Below, one piece after another: positions 1 to 11,800 of a stretch of DNA of 64,000 nt (position 1 is the stretch's first letter; the number at the start of each line of letters is the position of its first letter). The notes beneath the pieces were generated by a model, which saw nothing but the letters and a program-made list of their open reading frames with translations, was not told where the DNA came from and searched no databases. The DNA comes from Macrostomum hystrix (Eukaryota > Animalia > Platyhelminthes). The DNA lies in the NCBI GenBank assembly GCA_950097015.1, contig CATNEN010000025.1, positions 3,348,001 to 3,412,000 on the forward strand. The letters are read 5' to 3'. The translations under genes and the position numbers were made by a program.

Positions 1-85
1 GAATATCGTGACAGAAAAATAACTACTTTTGCCTATAAAACTATAGAAAAGTACGAGTATTTTATTCAGACGAACGACTTTTTAG

Positions 86-802
86 ATGATGACTAATGAA
101 GCTTGTGTAATGATGACCAATTAAGCTTGTGTAATGATGACAAATTAAGCTTGTGTAATGATGACAAATTAAGCTTGTGTAATGATGACTAATTAAGCTT
201 GTGTAATGATGACTAATTAAGCTTGTGTAATGATGACTAATTAAGCTTGTGTAATGATGACTAATTAAGCTTGTGTAATGATTACTAATGAAGCTTGTGT
301 AATGATGACTAATGAAGCTTGCGTAATGATGACTAATGAAGCTTGTGTAATGATGACTAATGAAGCTTGTGTAATGATGAATAATGAAGCTTGTGTAATG
401 ATGACTAATGAAGCTTGTGTAATGATGACTAATGAAGCTTGTGTAATGATGACTAATGAAGCTTGTGTAATGATGACTAATGAAGCTTGTGTAATGATGA
501 CTAATGAAGCTTGTGTAATGATGACTAATGAAGCTTGTGTAATGATGACTAATGAAGCTTGTGTAATGATGACTAATGAAGCTTGTGTAATGATGACTAA
601 TGAAGCTTGTGTAATGATGAATAATGAAGCTTGTGTAATGATGAATAATGAAGCTTGTGTAATGATGAATAATGAAGCTTGTGTAATGATGAATAATGAA
701 GCTTGTGTAATGATGAATAATGAAGCTTGTGTAATGATGAATAATGAAGCTTGTGTAATGATGACTAATTAAGCTCGTGTAATGATGACAAGTTTAGCTT
801 GT
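86..802. repeat. 24-bp tandem minisatellite (ATGATGACTAATGAAGCTTGTGTA)
   Basis: About 29 near-identical units; variants ACTAATT/AATAATG occur in blocks; explains ORF 278..772. Confidence 0.97.
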
Positions 803-1687
803 GTAGTATATAGGTTTCTTTATTGAATGCGTATTTTACTTAGTTTTACTGCGCGTTAAGAAATCTACAAATTGAGCTACTGCAATGAGTACAACTTACC
901 CTACAACTCAAGGTTTTTCTCGCTAATTGTGTTCGCTAATTGCATACCCACATGCACTTACCTATTGTTACTTCACTCGCGCCACTACTATTCTTATTTC
1001 ACCTCCTGACTGACCGGAAATACACATTTAGTTCTCGTCAGAAGGAATGGACACCTGACACCTCCTGGGGGGGCAGGTGGAGGCCGTGGGTGTTAGGCTC
1101 CCCTCTGCTGTGCGGGCGGAGTGGGATCTAGTGTCGTTGTGGAGTGACGAGATTAACAAATAGATAAGAAGATAGCGACGTAGATCAAAATTGCGACGTT
1201 GATAAACAAATTGACGTTTACAAACGTCAATCGACGTTAGTAAGGCGCTAATGAAATTTTAGACGTTGATAAAATTTCGAAAATTATTAACTATTCCGAC
1301 TTAATCTTCATTGATGCTGGATATTAAATGATAAAAAATTAAGTACACTTTGCCGGAAAAAAATCGTGAAAGAGTTTTGAATGACGCACTCGAAAAGTCA
1401 TTGAATTTCGAAGAAAATATCTGTGTCTTTAGCAAGTTTAGCCTGGATTAAGTGTTGAAGGCTTAAGTTTGGAAGGCTTTTGAAGGGCCAGGATCAGCTG
1501 TTGTGAATAGAAATTTCATCGCGGCTGTGCTAATCCTCACTGACTCTGAGCCACATGGTGTCAGATTTCGATTCAGAATTTTTTTAAATCCCAACAGCTT
1601 GAAAAGCCAACTGAGCGCTTCGACCTCTGACGGACGCTACGTTTTTGAATTCTAATAAAATCTACCACTTCTGATGGGAAAAGTAAA

Positions 1688-4600
1688 CTCTATCTCTACT
1701 CCAATCTCTACTCCAGTCTCTACTCCAATCTCTACTCCAGTCTCTACTCCAATCTCTACTCCAATCTCTACTCCAGTCTCTACTCCAGTCTCTACTCCAA
1801 TCTCTACTCCAATCTCTACTCCAGTCTCTACTCCAATCTCTACTCCAGTCTCTACTCCAATCTCTACTCCAATCTCTAATCCAGTCTCTACTCCAGTCTC
1901 TACTCCAATCTCTACTCCAATCTCTACTCCAGTCTCTACTCCAGTCTCTACTCCAATCTCTACTCCAATCTCTACTCCAGTCTCTACTCCAATCTCTACT
2001 CCAGTCTCTACTCCAATCTCTACTCCAGTCTCTACTGCAGTCTCTACTCCAATCTCTACTCCAGTCTCTACTCCAATCTCTACTCCAATCTCTACTCCAG
2101 TCTCTACTCCAATCTCTACTCCATCTCTACTAGAACCTCTACTCCAATCTCTACTCCAATCTCTACTCCAATCTCTACTCCATCTCTACTAGAACCTCTA
2201 CTCCAATCTCTACTCAAATCTCTACTCCAATTTCTACTCCAGTCTCTACTCCAATCTCTACTCCAATCTCTACTCCAATCTCTACTTCATCTCTACTAGA
2301 ACCTCTACTCCAATCTCTACTCCAATCTCTACTCCAATCTCTACTCCAGTCTCTACTCCATCTCTACTAGAACCTCTACTCCATCTCTACTCCATCTCTA
2401 CTAGAACCTCTACTCCAATCTCTACTCAAATCTCTACTCCAATCTCTACTCCAGTCTCTACTCCATCTCTACTAGAACCTCTACTCCATCTCTACTCCAT
2501 CTCTACTAGAACCTCTACTCCAATCTCTACTCAAATCTCTACTCCAATCTCTACTCCAGTCTCTACTCCATCTCTACTAGAACCTCTACTCCATCTCTAC
2601 TCCATCTCTACTAGAACCTCTACTCCAATCTCTACTCAAATCTCTACTCCAATCTCTACTCCAGTCTCTACTCCATCTCTACTAGAACCTCTACTCCATC
2701 TCTACTCCATCTCTACTAGAACCTCTACTCCAATTTCTACTCCAATCTCTACTCCAATCTCTACTCCAGTCTCTACTCCAATCTCTACTCCAATCTCTAC
2801 TCCAGTCTCTACTCCAATCTCTACTCCAATCTTTACTCCAGTCTCTACTCCGGTCTCTACTCCAATCTCTACTCCAGTCTCTACTCCAATCTCTACTCCA
2901 GTCTCTACTCCAGTCTCTACTCCAATCTCTACTCCAGTCTCTACTCCAATCTCTACTCCGGTCTCTACTCCAATCTCTACTCCGGTCTCTACTCCAATCT
3001 CTACTCCAGTCTCTACTCCAATCTCTACTCCGGTCTCTACTCCAGTCTCTACTCCAATCTCTACTCCAGTCTCTACTCCAATCTCTACTCCAGTCTCTAC
3101 TCCAGTCTCTACTCCAATCTCTACTCCAGTCTCTACTCCAATCTCTACTCCAATCTCTACTCCAGTCTCTACTCCAGTCTCTACTCCAATCTCTACTCCA
3201 ATCTCTACTCCAATCTCTACTCCAGTTTCTACTCCAATCTCTACTCCAGTCTCTACTCCAATCTCTACTCCAATCTCTACTCCAGTCTCTACTCCCATCT
3301 CTACTCTAATCTCTACTCCAGTCTCTACTCCAATCTCTACTCCATCTCTACTAGAACCTCTACTCCAATCTCTACTCCAATCTCTACTCCAATCTCTACT
3401 CCATCTCTACTAGAACCTCTACTCCAATCTCTACTCAAATCTCTACTCCAATTTCTACTCCAGTCTCTACTCCAATCTCTACTCCAATCTCTACTCCAAT
3501 CTCTACTTCATCTCTACTAGAACCTCTACTCCAATCTCTACTCCAATCTCTACTCCAATCTCTACTCCAGTCTCTACTCCATCTCTACTAGAACCTCTAC
3601 TCCATCTCTACTCCATCTCTACTAGAACCTCTACTCCAATCTCTACTCAAATCTCTACTCCAATCTCTACTCCAGTCTCTACTCCATCTCTACTAGAACC
3701 TCTACTCCATCTCTACTCCATCTCTACTAGAACCTCTACTCCAATCTCTACTCAAATCTCTACTCCAATCTCTACTCCAGTCTCTACTCCATCTCTACTA
3801 GAACCTCTACTCCATCTCTACTCCATCTCTACTAGAACCTCTACTCCAATCTCTACTCAAATCTCTACTCCAATCTCTACTCCAGTCTCTACTCCATCTC
3901 TACTAGAACCTCTACTCCATCTCTACTCCATCTCTACTAGAACCTCTACTCCAATTTCTACTCCAATCTCTACTCCAATCTCTACTCCAGTCTCTACTCC
4001 AATCTCTACTCCAATCTCTACTCCAGTCTCTACTCCAATCTCTACTCCAATCTTTACTCCAGTCTCTACTCCGGTCTCTACTCCAATCTCTACTCCAGTC
4101 TCTACTCCAATCTCTACTCCAGTCTCTACTCCAGTCTCTACTCCAATCTCTACTCCAGTCTCTACTCCAATCTCTACTCCGGTCTCTACTCCAATCTCTA
4201 CTCCGGTCTCTACTCCAATCTCTACTCCAGTCTCTACTCCAATCTCTACTCCGGTCTCTACTCCAGTCTCTACTCCAATCTCTACTCCAGTCTCTACTCC
4301 AATCTCTACTCCAGTCTCTACTCCAGTCTCTACTCCAATCTCTACTCCAGTCTCTACTCCAATCTCTACTCCAATCTCTACTCCAGTCTCTACTCCAGTC
4401 TCTACTCCAATCTCTACTCCAATCTCTACTCCAATCTCTACTCCAGTTTCTACTCCAATCTCTACTCCAGTCTCTACTCCAATCTCTACTCCAATCTCTA
4501 CTCCAGTCTCTACTCCCATCTCTACTCTAATCTCTACTCCAATCTCTACTCCAATCTCTACTCCAATCTCTACTCCAATCTCTACTCCAATCTCTTCTCC

Positions 4601-7600
4601 AGTCTCTACTCCAATCTCTACTCCAATCTCTACTCCAATCTCTACTCCATCTCTACTAGAACCTCTACTCCAATCTCTACTCCAATCTCTACTCCAATCT
4701 CTACTCCAGTCTCTACTCCAATCTCTACTCCAATCTCTACTCCAATCTCTACTCCAATCTCTACTCCATCTCTACTAGAACCTCTACTCCAATCTCTACT
4801 CCAATCTCTACTCCATCTCTACTAGAACCTCTACTCCAATCTCTACTCCAATCTCTACTCCATCTCTACTAGAACCTCTACTCCAATCTCTACTCAAATC
4901 TCTACTCCAATCTCTACTCCAGTCTCTACTCCAATCTCTACTCCAATCTCTACTCCAATCTCTACTCCAATCTCTACTCCAATCTCTACTCCAATCTCTA
5001 CTCCAATCTCTACTCCAATCTCTACTCCAGTCTCTACTCCAATCTCTACTCCAATCTCTACTCCAATCTCTACTCCAATCTCTACTCCAATCTCTACTCC
5101 AATCTCTACTCCAATCTCTACTCCAATCTCTACTCCAGTCTCTACTCCAATCTCTACTCCAATCTCTACTCCAATCTCTACTCCAATCTCTACTCCAGTC
5201 TCTACTCCAATCTCTACTCCAATCTCTACTCCAATCTCTACTCCAATCTCTACTCCAGTCTCTACTCCAATCTCTACTCCAATCTCTACTCCAATCTCTA
5301 CTCCAATCTCTACTCCAATCTCTACTCCAGTCTCTACTCCAATCTCTACTCCAATCTCTACTCCAATCTCTACTCCATCTCTACTAGAACCTCTACTCCA
5401 ATCTCTACTCCAATCTCTACTCCAATCTCTACTCCATCTCTACTAGAACCTCTACTCCAATCTCTACTCAAATCTCTACTCCAATCTCTACTCCAGTCTC
5501 TACTCCATCTCTACTAGAACCTCTACTCCATCTCTACTCCATCTCTACTAGAACCTTTACTCCAATTTCTACTCCAATCTCTACTCCAATCTCTACTCCA
5601 ATCTCTACTCCAATCTCTACTCCATCTCTACTCCATCTCTACTAGAACCTCTACTCCATCTCTACTCCATCTCTACTAGAACCTCTACTCCAATTTCTAC
5701 TCCAGTCTCTACTCCATCTCTACTCCAGTCTCTACTCCAGTCTCTACTCCAATCTCTACTCCAATCTCTACTCCGGTCTCTACTCCAGTCTCTACTCCAA
5801 TCTCTACTCCGGTCTCTACTCCAATCTCTACTCCGGTCTCTACTCCAATCTCTACTCCAGTCTCTACTCCAATCTCTACTCCGGTCTCTACTCCAATCTC
5901 TACTCCAGTCTCTACTCCAATCTCTACTCCAGTCTCTACTCCAGTCTCTACTCCAATCTCTACTCCGGTCTCTACTCCAATCTCTACTCCGGTCTCTACT
6001 CCAATCTCTACTCCGGTCTCTACTCCAATCTCTACTCCAGTCTCTACTCCAATCTCTACTCCGGTCTCTACTCCAGTCTCTACTCCAATCTCTACTCCAA
6101 TCTCTACTCCAGTCTCTACTCCAGTCTCTACTCCAATCTCTACTCCGGTCTCTACTCCAATCTCTACTCCGGTCTCTACTCCAATCTCTACTCCAGTCTC
6201 TACTCCAATCTCTACTCCGGTCTCTACTCCAATCTCTACTCCAGTCTCTACTCCAATCTCTACTCCAATCTCTACTCCAGTCTCTACTCCCATCTCTACT
6301 CTAATCTCTACTCCAATCTCTACTCCAATCTCTACTCCAATCTCCACTCCAATCTCTACTCCAATCTCTACTCCAGTCTCTACTCCAATCTCTACTCCAA
6401 TCTCTACTCCAATCTCTACTCCATCTCTACTAGAACCTCTACTCCAATCTCTACTCCAATCTCTACTCCAATCTCTACTCCAGTCTCTACTCCAATCTCT
6501 ACTCCAATCTCTACTCCAATCTCTACTCCATCTCTACTAGAACCTCTACTCCAATCTCTACTCCAATCTCTACTCCAATCTCTACTCCATCTCTACTAGA
6601 ACCTCTACTCCAATCTCTACTCAAATCTCTACTCCAATCTCTACTCCAGTCTCTACTCCAATCTCTACTCCAATCTCTACTCCAATCTCTACTCCATCTC
6701 TACTAGAACCTCTACTCCAATCTCTACTCCAATCTCTACTCCAATCTCTACTCCAATCTCTACTCCAATCTCTACTCCAATCTCTACTCCAATCTCTACT
6801 CCAGTCTCTACTCCAATCTCTACTCCAATCTTTACTCCAATCTCTACTCCATCTCTACTAGAACCTCTACTCCATCTCTACTCCATCTCTACTAGAACCT
6901 CTACTCCATCTCTACTCCATCTCTACTAGAACCTTTACTCCAATTTCTACTCCAATCTCTACTCCAATCTCTACTCCAATCTCTACTCCATCTCTACTAG
7001 AACCTCTACTCCAATCTCTACTCAAATCTCTACTCCAATCTCTACTCCAGTCTCTACTCCATCTCTACTAGAACCTCTACTCCATCTCTACTCCATCTCT
7101 ACTAGAACCTCTACTCCAATCTCTACTCCAATCTCTACTCCAATCTCTACTCCAATCTCTACTCCAATCTCTACTCCAATCTCTACTCCAATCTCTACTC
7201 CAGTCTCTACTCCAATCTCTACTCCAATCTCTACTCCAATCTCTACTCCATCTCTACTAGAACCTCTACTCCAATCTCTACTCCAATCTCTACTCCAATC
7301 TCTACTCCATCTCTACTAGAACCTCTACTCCAATCTCTACTCAAATCTCTACTCCAATCTCTACTCCAGTCTCTACTCCATCTCTACTAGAACCTCTACT
7401 CCATCTCTACTAGAACCTCTACTCCATCTCTACTCCATCTCTACTAGAACCTTTACTCCAATTTCTACTCCAATCTCTACTCCAATCTCTACTCCAATCT
7501 CTACTCCATCTCTACTAGAACCTCTACTCCAATCTCTACTCCAGTCTCTACTCCAATCTCTACTCCAGTCTCTACTCCAATCTCTACTCCAATCTCTACT

Positions 7601-8545
7601 CCAGTCTCTACTCAAATCTCTACTCCAATCTCTACTCCAATCTGTACTCCAATCTCTACTCCAATCTCTACTACAATCTCTACTCCAATCTCTACTCCAA
7701 TCTCTACTCCAATCTCTACTCCAACCTCTACTCCAATCTCTACTCCAATCTCTACTCCAATCTCTACTCCAATCTCTACTCCAATCTCTACTCCAATCTC
7801 TACTCCAATCTCTACTCCAATCTCTACTCCAATCTCTACTCCAGTCTCTACTCCAATCTCTACTCCAATCTCTACTCCAATCTCTACTAGAACCTCTACT
7901 CCAATCTCTACTCAAATCTCTACTCCAATCTCTACTCCAGTCTCTACTCCATCTCTACTAGAACCTCTACTCCATCTCTACTCCATCTCTACTAGAACCT
8001 CTACTCCATCTCTACTCCATCTCTACTAGAACCTTTACTCCAATTTCTACTCCAATCTCTACTCCAATCTCTACTCCAATCTCTACTCCAATCTCTACTA
8101 GAACCTCTACTCCAATCTCTACTCCAATCTCTACTCCATCTCTACTAGAACCTCTACTCCAATCTCTACTCAAATCTCTACTCCAATCTCTACTCCAGTC
8201 TCTACTCCATCTCTACTAGAACCTCTACTCCAATTTCTACTCCAGTCTCTACTCCAATCTCTACTCCAGTCTCTACTCCAATCTCTACTCCAATCTCTAC
8301 TCCAGTCTCTACTCCAATCTCTACTCCAATCTCTACTCCAATCTGTACTCCAATCTCTACTCCAATCTCTACTACAATCTCTACTCCAATCTCTACTCCA
8401 ATCTCTACTCCAATCTCTACTCCAATCTCTACTCCAATCTCTACTCCAATCTCTACTCCAATCTCTACTCCAATCTCTACTCCAATCTCTACTCCAATCT
8501 CTACTCCAATCTCTACTCCAATCTCTACTCCAATCTCTACTCCAG
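1688..8545. repeat. 12-bp satellite (CTCTACTCCAAT / CTCTACTCCAGT with CTCTACTAGAAC variants), ~6.9 kb
   Basis: Directly visible array; explains all STPI/GVEI/SRDW ORFs; contains 105-bp and 1221-bp higher-order repeats. Confidence 0.98.
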
Positions 8546-8673
8546 TATTTGCTAACCCCATCCATTCTCAGTCTCTGTGAAAGTCTCATTAAATCCACTG
8601 AGATGATCAATCTCGCAGTCTCTCTCAATCAAATGTCGAGCTGTCTTAGACCTGACATTCTGACTGCAACCAG

Positions 8674-8828
8674 ATGGAGAACATTTGTACACCGAGGCTT
8701 GGGACCAGTTTTTTCGCACCCAGGAATCCTCTGCTGCTGCTGCTCTGTGTCCCACTCTTATCTGCTGCAGAGCCACCTGTCAGATCTCCCACGGCGATGA
8801 TAAATATGAGGAGAAATGGCCAGACCAG
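8674..8828 (+). CDS. GPCR exon 1 (signal peptide)
   Basis: ATG MENICTPRLGTSFFAPRNPLLLLLCVPLLSA; donor AG|GTTGGG is phase 2, matching acceptor 9854. Confidence 0.65.
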
Positions 8829-11800
8829 GTTGGGCTGTATGATTAGACAGCCTGAGTGAGTGAAGGAGAGGGTAGAGAGGAGAGACGGTGGGGTAGTGAC
8901 TGCGATTTTTCAGCAGACTGACAGACTGTGCCTGTGTTAGCCCCTTCCAGCTGGTCTAGTTGAGAGCCAGTTTGACTGTAAGAAAAGTTTTGCTTTGCTT
9001 TCTTTCCCAGATGCCAAGAGGACAGTTGAAGAAAGTACGAGTCTTTTGCCAGATTCGACTGTGCTGCAGAAATCTGATGAGTGCAAGAAACAGCTGGCTG
9101 CCTGATAGGGAATCTAAAATGTTACATCAGGGATTGTGTGTCCAGTCCAACAGTGGGGAATGAAATGCGGATGCAGGGGGTGTTTCACGATACGATTGGG
9201 GTGTCAGATACGAGATGGGGTGTCAGATACGACATGGGGTGTCAGATACGACATGGGGTGTCAGATACGACATGAGGTGTCAGATACGACATGGGGTGTC
9301 AAATACGACATGGGGTGTCAAATACGACATGGGGTGTCAGATACTACATGGGGTGTCAGACAAAGCTGTGAAGTGTCACAGGCAGAGTGGTGTCAGATGA
9401 GGCGATGAGGTGTCAGATTGGGCAGTGGACTGTCAGTTGAGGTGGTGGGGTGTCAGATAAGGTGGCGAAATGTCAGATTGAGACAGTCGCATGTCATAAA
9501 ATATGGCTACGTGTCAGATTGTGCGGTGGGGTGTCAGATATGGTTGCGGGTTGTCAGATAAGGTTGCGGGATGTCAGATAAGGGGCGGGGTGTCAGATAA
9601 GGGGCGGGGTGTCAGATAAGGGGCGGGGTGTCAGATAAGGGGCGGGGTGTCAGATAAGGTGGCGAAATGTCAGATTGAGACAGTCGCATGTCATAAAATA
9701 TGGCTACGTGTCAGATTGTGCGGTGGGGTGTCAGATATGGTTGCGGGTTGTCAGATAAGGTTGCGGGATGTCAGATAAGGGGCGGGATAGAGCAGTTGGG
9801 AGTCAGACAGGAGGGCAATAAAGAACAAGTATAGAAAAAGTTCAAATGCGCAGCCCGCCAACATCCATCCAGTCTGCCGACGAAACTCTCTCATCAGCTG
9901 CGGCGGCCTCCGAGGCTGAGTTGCGACGCCAGGAGACGAAGTGCTCAGCCCTGACGGTGGCTTCATCGGTCCAGACGCTCATCGGCCTGATGGCCGGCGG
10001 CAGCGCCAGATTTTGCCCGGCCGTTTTCGATGGCTTCGCGTGTTGGCCTCGAACCCCGGCCGGAGCCGAGGCGAGGCTGCCCTGCCCAGTCGGCGCCTTC
10101 GACAACGCCGCCGACGGCATTGTCAACGGCAGCCTCGGCGTCGGCGCCTTCGCCTGGCGACGCTGCCGACTCGACGGCCGGTGGGAGTTTCCAACGGAGG
10201 CGGAGCTGACGAAAAACGGCACCGACAGTGAAGCTGGGACTTCAGTCACGAGCAGCGCCTACTCGAACTACAGCCTCTGCAGACAGTCAAAGGCTTACAA
10301 ATACCTGGCCGATAGGGTGAGCACAGAGAAGCAGAGAAATTTCATGGAAACAATTCGGAAACCAAGGATTAACTTAAGGATTATTGTGGATCAAATAGGG
10401 GATCATTTTTAATTAAATAGAGAATGATTGTGATTCAAACAGAGGATCATTGTGAATCAACCAGAGGATCATTGTGATTCAAACAGAGGATCATTGTGAA
10501 TCAAACAGAGGATCATTGTGAATCAACCAGAGGATCATTGTGAATCAAACAGAGGATAATTGTGAATCAAACAGAGGATCATTGTGAATCAAACAGAGGA
10601 TCATTGTGAATCAAACAGAGGATCATTGTGAATCAACCAGAGGATCATTGTGAATCAAACAGAGGATAATTGTGAATCAAACAGAGGATAATTGTGAATC
10701 AAACAGAGGATCCTTGTGAATCAAACAGAGGATCATTGTGAATCAAACAGAGGATAATTGTGAATCAAACAGAGGATCATTGTGAATCAAACAGAGGATC
10801 ATTGTGAATCAAACAGAGGATCATTGTGAATCAAACAGAGGATCATTGTGAATCAAACAGAGGATCATTGTGAATCTAACAGAGGATCATTGTGAATCAA
10901 ACAGATGGTCATTGTGAATCAAGTAGGGGATCATTATGACTCAAATAGGGGATCATTATGACTCAAATAGGGGATCCTTGTGAATCAAAAAGAGAATACC
11001 TCACTATTATTTTGGTGATCAATCACAATCAACTTACGGATCATTGCAGATCAACTTCACAATAAGCAAAGTTAAGGTCTAAGACAAACTTTTTCTTAGA
11101 CAGTATCGAATCAAATTGTTGAAGCTAAGGGCTAACAATCATATACTGTGATCTCATTAAGAGTCCAAGCCTTGTTAACTGCCAAACTGTCCCTAAGAAC
11201 TTTCCTACCTCTTGCCGTTAATTTCAGTGGATAAAATCGAATTGTAGCTACGTCAGACAAACACGCTCGCATGCAGAGTGGAAAATTAACTTTTTTTCTC
11301 CTGTCCACTAGGTCCAAGGGAAATAATTGTACTTTGACTTTTGTGCAGAAAAACCTATAGCGAAAATTGCCAGCGGGGTGCGCGGTTGCCGGGCGAGTTT
11401 TAATCGCCGGGTGTTTCGATAATGTTTGCCCTGGCAAGCCTGCTCTGCTCGTGTTTGTCTCCGCGTCCACCCGTGTGTGTCCCTCAATCCCAGGGCCACT
11501 CTGCCACACTTCATTCACGTATGCAGTCTCTATGGGCCTTCTGATCTGCCACATCATTGGCATCGTTTCAACTTTTCATCTTCTTGATTACTTCTTCATC
11601 GGCTTAAGTCTAAATTTACTGTCATCTAAAATCTAGCCTGTCAATCTCACACTGCCAATCTGAGCCTGTCAATATCACCCTGTCAATCTCACCCTGTCAA
11701 TCTCACCCTGTCAATCTCACCCTTCCAATCTCACATTGTCAATATCACCGTTCAACCTCTCACTCAATTAATCTCAGCCAAATAAATATAGCTAAGTAAA

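Noticed and set aside
1688-8545. Telomeric repeat
   Set aside because: Unit is not TTAGGG/TTAGG-like, and unique sequence lies on both sides
278-8628. Long ORFs MTNEACVM, STPI/GVEI/SRDW
   Set aside because: Translations of 24-bp and 12-bp satellites whose units lack stops in some frames; no unique coding content
11132-11636. ORFs 11132..11563 (-) and 11367..11636 (+) as extra exons
   Set aside because: No GPCR motif, no convincing phase-matched splice pair, no recognisable domain
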